A DNA stretch of 64,000 bases from Eledone cirrhosa (lineage: Eukaryota): NCBI GenBank assembly GCA_964016885.1, contig OZ024763.1, forward strand, positions 10,726,001 through 10,790,000. The letters run 5' to 3'. A program made the position numbers and the translations under genes. Position 1 is the stretch's first letter, and each line of letters opens with the position of its first letter. Shown piece after piece: positions 57,018 through 64,000 of the stretch. The notes beneath the pieces are model-generated. The model worked only from the letters and a program-made list of their open reading frames with translations. It searched no databases and was not told the DNA's origin.

Positions 57018-57922
57018 ATATATATAAAAAATAGAGGTGTGACACACGAGTTATGATATATTAATAAAAAGGAAAAGAAAATGCTGACAAATTTTTCCCA
57101 GTGAAAAATAGTTTAATTAGGAATAAGTAAAAATTAGTAATAAGTATTGGTTAGTATTCAGTTTTAGTTTTAAGTTTTTACCGGTTGCGCATTTCTAATG
57201 CTTTTCAAAAATAATTTTGAGATAGAGCGCCCGTGATGTTTGCTCTAATCTCAACATTATTTTTGAAAAGCATTAGAAATGCGCAACCGGTAAAAACTTA
57301 AAACTAAAACTGAATACTAACCAATACTTATTACTAATTTATACTTATTCCTAATTAAACTATTTTTCACTGGGAAAAATTTGTCAGCATTTTCTTTTCC
57401 TTTTTACTAATATATATATATATATGTAGGTTATACTCTATGTTTGCCGAGATCCGCCAACAGAACAGCTAACACATACACACATGTACTTCCCTGACAT
57501 TTGTGTATTATTCTATGTACTATATTGACGAGTTGTAGTGCACCTGAGCACTTTACACAATAATTTCATTATTATTATTATTATACTTGGAGTAATAATA
57601 GTTAAAGAAAGAAGAGTAACATGGTTGGCTGTACAATAAGGGCTTTATTTAAAGTACTGACAATTATTTCGTTGATCAGGTGTGTCTAGAGTTCGCTAAT
57701 CGCTTGAGGTTGACACACCTGATCAACGAAACAATTGTCAGTACTTTAAATAAAGCCCTTATTGTACAGACAACCATGTTACTCTTCTTTCTTTAACTAT
57801 TATTACTCCAAATATAACCTGCATAGAAATTACCGCAATCTCGCTATATATATATATGTATAATTGAATAGTGACCAGAGGCCGGAAAGTTGAAATTCCA
57901 TTTTTTCCCTATTATTGCATTA

Positions 57923-58323
57923 TGGTTAACTATAGAGAATGACCAGTTCTATCCAGTGGTCAACCACCAACTTCAATATATATATATATATATGGTTAAC
58001 TATAGAGAATGACCAGTTCTATCCAGTGGTCAACCACCAACTTCAATATATATATATATATATGGTTAACTATAGAGAATGACCAGTTCTATCCAGTGGT
58101 CAACCACCAACTTCAATATATATATATATATATGGTTAACTATAGAGAATGACCAGTTCTATCCAGTGGTCAACCACCAACTTCAATATATATATATATA
58201 TATGGTTAACTATAGAGAATGACCAGTTCTATCCAGTGGTCAACCACCAACTTCAATATATATATATATATATGGTTAACTATAGAGAATGACCAGTTCT
58301 ATCCAGTGGTCAACCACCAACTT

Positions 58324-58357
<34 letters not shown>

Positions 58358-58405
58358 TTAACTATAGAGAATGACCAGTTCTATCCAGTGGTCAACCACC
58401 AACTT

Positions 58406-58447
<42 letters not shown>

Positions 58448-58565
58448 TTAACTATAGAGAATGACCAGTTCTATCCAGTGGTCAACCACCAACTTCAATA
58501 TATATATATATATATGGTTAACTATAGAGAATGACCAGTTCTATCCAGTGGTCAACCACCAACTT

Positions 58566-58601
<36 letters not shown>

Positions 58602-58660
58602 TTAACTATAGAGAATGACCAGTTCTATCCAGTGGTCAACCACCAACTTCAATATATATA
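57923..58660 (+). repeat. ~70-bp VNTR with variable-length internal (TA)n, 10 copies
   Basis: Constant tggttaactatagagaatgaccagttctatccagtggtcaaccaccaacttcaa followed by (TA)n. Confidence 0.92.
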
Positions 58661-58858
58661 AATCAGGATGGAACCAGTTTGAAACTGGTTAGACCATTAC
58701 AAAACAGAGTACTCAATACTTGAGGTAGTAGAGTATGGTTATATTATAAAGAGGAGCACAATGACTCAGCTCTTGCCATTTCAAGAAGTAGTTCCAGACA
58801 GAGGTTGGAACAAGCTGTTGCAACAGCAAGAGCTCAGCTGTTGGGCTCCCGACTCTTC

Positions 58859-58901
<43 letters not shown>

Positions 58902-59309
58902 TTAACATCCATTTTTCCATACTTGCATGAGTTAGACAAGTCATCCATATTATGAGACAAGTTTGCTCAGTTGGCCACACTGTACCTTGAACAGACTGGA
59001 CATAAAATGATGATAATGGTTATATATATATATACACGAGTGCGTGTATATATATATATATGAGTGCGTGTATATATATATATGTACTTACACAATTTTC
59101 TGATGATGAAAATTACAAGACTTGGTTAACAAAGTCTATGAAATACATGGCATTACAATAATAAAGCTGTATATAATTGTTTCTACGTTTGGCACAAGGC
59201 CAGCAATAACCCAGTGCATTACTGGTACTTTATTTTATCGACCCTGTAAGGATGGAAGGCAAAGTTAACCTCGGCAGGATTTGAACTCAGAATGGCAAGG
59301 GCAGTAACT

Positions 59310-59570
59310 CTTGGCTGCAAACTCTGCTAAGAGTATTGCAATCACTTGTCAGATTATAGAGTTTGGTGCATTTTTATGCTATGGCCAGCCACACAAACCT
59401 GTAACACATCTTGAACAAGCAATGCCTGTGCTTTGAAGGTTTTTCAAGTGGAGAAAGGCCTTGCACTCAACCAATCCCACTCTCTGAGCATCGAAAACCC
59501 TACCCGAAAAGGAGAACTGGTCAACATCATTGGATGCTTCCGAAGCCGCAGGTTTTCACTCCCAGGTGAA
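59310..59570 (-). mobile_element. Degenerate short RTE derivative
   Basis: ccaatcccactctctgagc and tcaacatcattggat are shared with 30890-31020 and 25210-25330, followed by a tail-like gagtttgcagccaag. Confidence 0.6.
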
Positions 59571-60447
59571 AAAAACAACACATTTGCTAGCAGGGAAAGT
59601 GGACATCAAAACGACAATGATGATGATGATGATATATATATATATATATATACACATAATATATACGCACACACTAGTGTCCAAAACATTAAGATTCTTT
59701 TCTTACTATATCAAACGTAAAACTAATATTTCTTCTTTTTACTGTGTCGTTTGCTTTATTTCTGTTTTTCTTTTGCATATATATACATACATACATAAAA
59801 AAATATATATATATATACACACGTATACACATACACACATATATATATATAAATATACATACATATATGTTTGTCTCTTTATTATATATTACATATATAA
59901 ATATACATACATATATGTGTCTCTCTTTAATATATATTACATATATATATAAATATACATACATATATGTCTCTCTCTTTATTATATATTACATATATAT
60001 ATAAATATTCATACATATATATATCTTTGTCTCTCTTTATTATATATAAATATTCGTACATATATATATAAATATTCATATATATATATAGATATATATA
60101 TAGTGTTATACTTGGGGAGGGTCATATTTGTGTAATATTGCCAGAATTAATAACAGAACACACTCACTGTTTGGTTTTCGCTTCTGTGTCTTTTATATCG
60201 GTAATCTAATTTACTCGGTCCTCAATGTTGCCATTGACTGACCAACGGTCAAAAATAATACAGATACAATATAGACACAAACACATATAGGTAAATTTCT
60301 TTAAGTCGTTTGGAAGCCTCGACAATGCAAATGGGTAAATCTCCGGGGGTAGAGAGAGATGTAAGTGGGTGTGTAAGACGTGTAGAGGAATGAAGGGGAA
60401 AGAGCGTAAAGGATAAAAATAAAAATAACAACATGAGAGAGAGTTAC

Positions 60448-60459
60448 CTTGGGAGACAT
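60448..60459 (-). CDS. Candidate microprotein, coding end of exon 1
   Basis: ATG TCT CCC AAG|gtaact, at the end of a non-repetitive CpG-containing block (60448-60850). Confidence 0.3.
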
Positions 60460-60884
60460 TTAATTGTCCCTATATATTTCGGATTCACATCCATCAACTG
60501 GTCTATTTTTCCGGGTTGGGAGAAAGGTTGTCTGTCGGAAAGGTGCGAAACGTGTCCTCCGCTGTTCGTTGTTTTGAATATCTGAGGTATTCAGCAGAGC
60601 GCACGTGCGCGTGACATGGAGGTCAGCGGTCGAAGTAGTTCTTTTCAATTGTTGGAGTGGGGTGACGCTAGCTGTCAGTCCATTCTCTGCCTGTTTGGTG
60701 AATGTTACTGTGTGTGCGTGTGTTGTTGTTGCCCTGTTCCTCTGTATTGGTAGTGTAGTGTGTGTGTGTATATGCGTGTGTTGCTGTCTCGCTTGTGTGT
60801 GTGTGTGCGCGTGTGTTAACTTAAACCAACCACCTCATTTCGCTTCTCTGTTCATATATATATATATATATATATACATATATA

Positions 60885-60920
<36 letters not shown>

Positions 60921-61131
60921 TATATATGTACATATACATATATACATATATATATACATATATGTAAAAATTGAATTAGAAGATTTTTCCGTATCGTTGA
61001 TTAAATAAAATAGTCCAATAATGACAACAGAACTGAAAGTAAGGATATACTTTAATAATAACAACAACAACGACGATGATGATGATGGCAATGAAGCAGT
61101 ACTACTACTACTACCACTAATAATAATAATA

Positions 61132-61980
61132 ATTGTTTCTACGTTAGGCACAAGGCCAGCAATTATCCAGTGCATTACTGGTACTTTATTTTATCGACCC
61201 CGTAAGGATGAAAGGCAAAGTCAACCTCGGCGGGATTTGAACTCGGATCGTAAAGGGACGTAACTATGCTGGAAAGCATGGCGTCCGACCCTCTACTGAT
61301 ACTGCCAATCCACTAATGACAATAATAATACTTAGGGTAAAGCTATTACTATCAACATAGACAAAAATATGTTTTGTAGGTAATAATGGTTTCTACGTTT
61401 GGCACAAGGTCAGCAATTACCCCAGTGCATTACTGGTACTTTATTTTATCGACCCCGTAAGGATGAAAGGCAAAATTAACCTCGGCGGGATTTGAACTCA
61501 GATCGTAAAGGGACGTAACTATGCTGCAAAGCATGGCGTCCGACCCTCTTGGTTTCTGATTTAGGCACAAGGTCAACAATTTGGGAGGAGGAGAAAGTCA
61601 AATCAATTGTGCCCCAGTGAATTACTGGTACTTTATTTTATCGACCCCGTAAGGACGAAAACCTTGGTTTTGAACTCAGAATGTAACTCTACGCTGCAAA
61701 GCATGATATCCGACGCTCTACTAACTTGTAGTATTATTACTATTAATACAAGGGCGGTGGATTGGCAGAATTGGTAGAGCGTCAGACACCATGCTTTGCA
61801 GCATAGAGTTACGGCCCTTTACGGCCTGAGTTCAAATCCCGCTGAGGTTAGCTTTGCCTTTCATCCTCACGAGGTCGATAAAATAAAGTACCAGTAATGC
61901 ACTGGGAGAGTCGATTTAATCGACTTTCCCCCCTCCCCCAAAATTGCTGGCCTTGTGCCTAAAGTAGAAACAATTATTAT
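61132..61980. mobile_element. Cluster of four tRNA-derived SINEs (three minus, one plus)
   Basis: Shared core gcctttcatcct...gtcgataaaataaagtaccag (Meta-domain-like) and tail gctggccttgtgcctaaa. More copies are near 3400, 5665, 52015, 56750 and 59175. Confidence 0.85.
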
Positions 61981-62040
61981 TTCTATATTGATTCCAATAC
62001 TTGACTGGATAGAATAAAGTAACTATGGTAGTGGTTGGTC

Positions 62041-62273
62041 TATGTTAGGCCAGCTAGCGCCACCTACTGTCCAGAGTATATCTGTGGAGCCCATGGTGTA
62101 TGTTAGGCCAGCTAGCGCCACCCCACTGTCCAGAGTATATCTGTGGAGCCCATGGTGTATGTTAGGCCAGCTAGCGCCACCTACTGTCCAGAGTATATCT
62201 GTGGAGCCCATGGTGTATGTTAGGCCAGCTAGCGCCACCCCACTGTCCAGAGTATATCTGTGGAGCCCATGGT
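62041..62273 (+). repeat. 58/59-bp minisatellite, 4 copies
   Basis: Unit tatgttaggccagctagcgccacctactgtccagagtatatctgtggagcccatggtg. Confidence 0.9.
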
Positions 62274-62342
62274 GGGCTTCTCTAGAAGACCACCCACAGG
62301 TCAGATTACTGTTGTTGGTCCAGCTTATATCATGGCTAAACA

Positions 62343-62940
62343 CCACATCTGGTATCTCTGGTGGCTGTATTGCTCTCCCCTACCTATCACATCTGGTATC
62401 TCTGGTGGCTGTATTGCTCTCCCCTACCTATCACATCTGGTATATCTGGTGTCTGTATTGCTCTCCCCTACCTATCACATCTGGTGTCTGAATTGCTCTC
62501 CCCTACCTATCACATCTGGTGTCTGAATTGCTCTCCCCTACCTGTACCTATCAAAACTAACCATCACATCTGGTGTCTGTATTGCTCTCCCCTACCTGTA
62601 CCTATCACAACTAACCATCACATCTGGTATATCTGGTGTCTGTATTGCTCTCCTCTACCTGTACCTATCACAACTAACCATCACATCTGGTATATCTGGT
62701 GTCTGTATTGCTCTCCTCTACCTGTACCTATCACAACTAACCATCACATCTGGTATATCTGGTGTCTGTATTGCTCTCCCCAACCTGTACCTATCACATC
62801 TGGTGTCTGTATTGCTCTCCCCTACCTGTACCTATCACAACTAACCATCACATCTGGTACATCTGGTGGCTGTATTGCTCTCCCCAACCTGTACCTATCA
62901 CATCTGGTACATCTGGTGGCTGTATTGATCTCCCCAACCT
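62343..62940 (+). repeat. Modular minisatellite (35-63-bp variants)
   Basis: Shuffled modules tcacatctggt / gtctgtattgctctcccctacct / gtacctatcacaactaacca. Confidence 0.88.
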
Positions 62941-64000
62941 ATGACCAGCTCAGGTCAGAATGTCTAAAGGATAAAAAAACAAAATTGCTGGATAGATGTT
63001 AATGTGAGGAGACCCTCAGGAAGATAGTGGAATAATATCAATGAGCTTGGCTAGTCTTGTTTGGAGATCTATCCAGATCATTTGGAGACAGTTGCTTCTG
63101 ACAGGGGCCCCGGGAAGGCGTATTTGAGGACTCTACCCTCTTATTCTTGGGAGGTCCATTGGGGCAAAAAAGAAGGAAGTCTATTTTCTGAAGATAGCCC
63201 TCCACTCCTCTCAGTTTCAGGAGTATAAAGCCCAAAGATCTTCTGATAAGTGGAATTACCTTGATATTGTTTAACAGTTATTGGTAATATTTGGACAATG
63301 TCACTGTATTTTATCATCATCATCATCATCAACATGAACATGAACTAAAATATGTGTTGTATAATGAAAGTAAACTGGAGCAACATGAAATAAAGTGTCT
63401 TGCTTAAGGACACAACACATCACCTGGTCCGAGAATTGAACTAACAACCTCCCGATTGCAAGCCCAATGCTCTAACCACAAGCCATGTGTCTTCATGTTA
63501 CTTTTATAAACCAAACAACAATCACCAATACCAGATTGGTTTAGTGAAAATAATAAATAAAATAAATAAAATAAATAAAATAAATAAAATAAAATAAATA
63601 AAATGAAAGAAAGAATTTGTTTTGTTGTTTTTTTTTTTTGCTGTACCAGCAGCTGAAGTTTATTTACCAATCTATAGAGATCACACCCTAAACAATCAAT
63701 AACCAATCAATCATTTAATTAATTTAGTTAGTTTTAAAATAATAATAATAATTAAGAAAAAAATTTAAAGCAAACACAGGAAAGAAGTGTGTGTGTGTAT
63801 TGTGGTGTGGTGTGTATGTCAATGAATGTATGTGGTGTGTGTGTGTATGTGTGTTACAATGAATGTGTATGTATGTATGTGTGTGTGAGGCTTGTGATGT
63901 GGTTAAAAAAAAAAAACATTGAGTGGGTGGGGGGTAGTTGAATAGGAAGCAGAGGAAAAAAGGGGGAGGGGGAGATATTTCCGAGGTAGAATAATAATAA

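Noticed and set aside
57923-58660. Repeat-spacer array resembling CRISPR
   Set aside because: The spacers are only (TA)n of varying length.
63000-63300. Coding-looking non-repetitive stretch
   Set aside because: Only short ORFs with no recognisable motif or splice pattern; probably a decayed element.

Overview
AT-rich, repeat-dense animal genomic DNA. The SINE families, RTE LINEs and very long (TA)n-type microsatellites suggest an octopod cephalopod (inference). Two spliced host genes were reconstructed by hand with GT-AG junctions and consistent phases. They are the 5' four coding exons of mitoribosomal MRPL44 (minus strand, running off the left edge) and a complete 3-exon MRPL57/MRP63 (plus strand), head-to-head with 241 bp between start codons. 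The rest is mostly mobile DNA: an intact 1181-aa RTE LINE (APE, RT, three C2H2 fingers), short RTE derivatives, CR1, CRE, mariner, Sola-like and Helitron remnants, SINEs, and several minisatellites grown out of transposon ends. The most notable unexplained signals are: a cluster of mutually divergent type-I hammerhead ribozyme motifs, several inside small fold-back elements (47-58 kb); a structured, hatchet-like RNA at the 5' end of an RTE derivative; a Rab2 cDNA fragment trapped in a fold-back; a mariner-MITE-built palindromic higher-order array; and a candidate two-exon 25-aa microprotein gene. All RNA folds and repeat boundaries were read by eye and are approximate.
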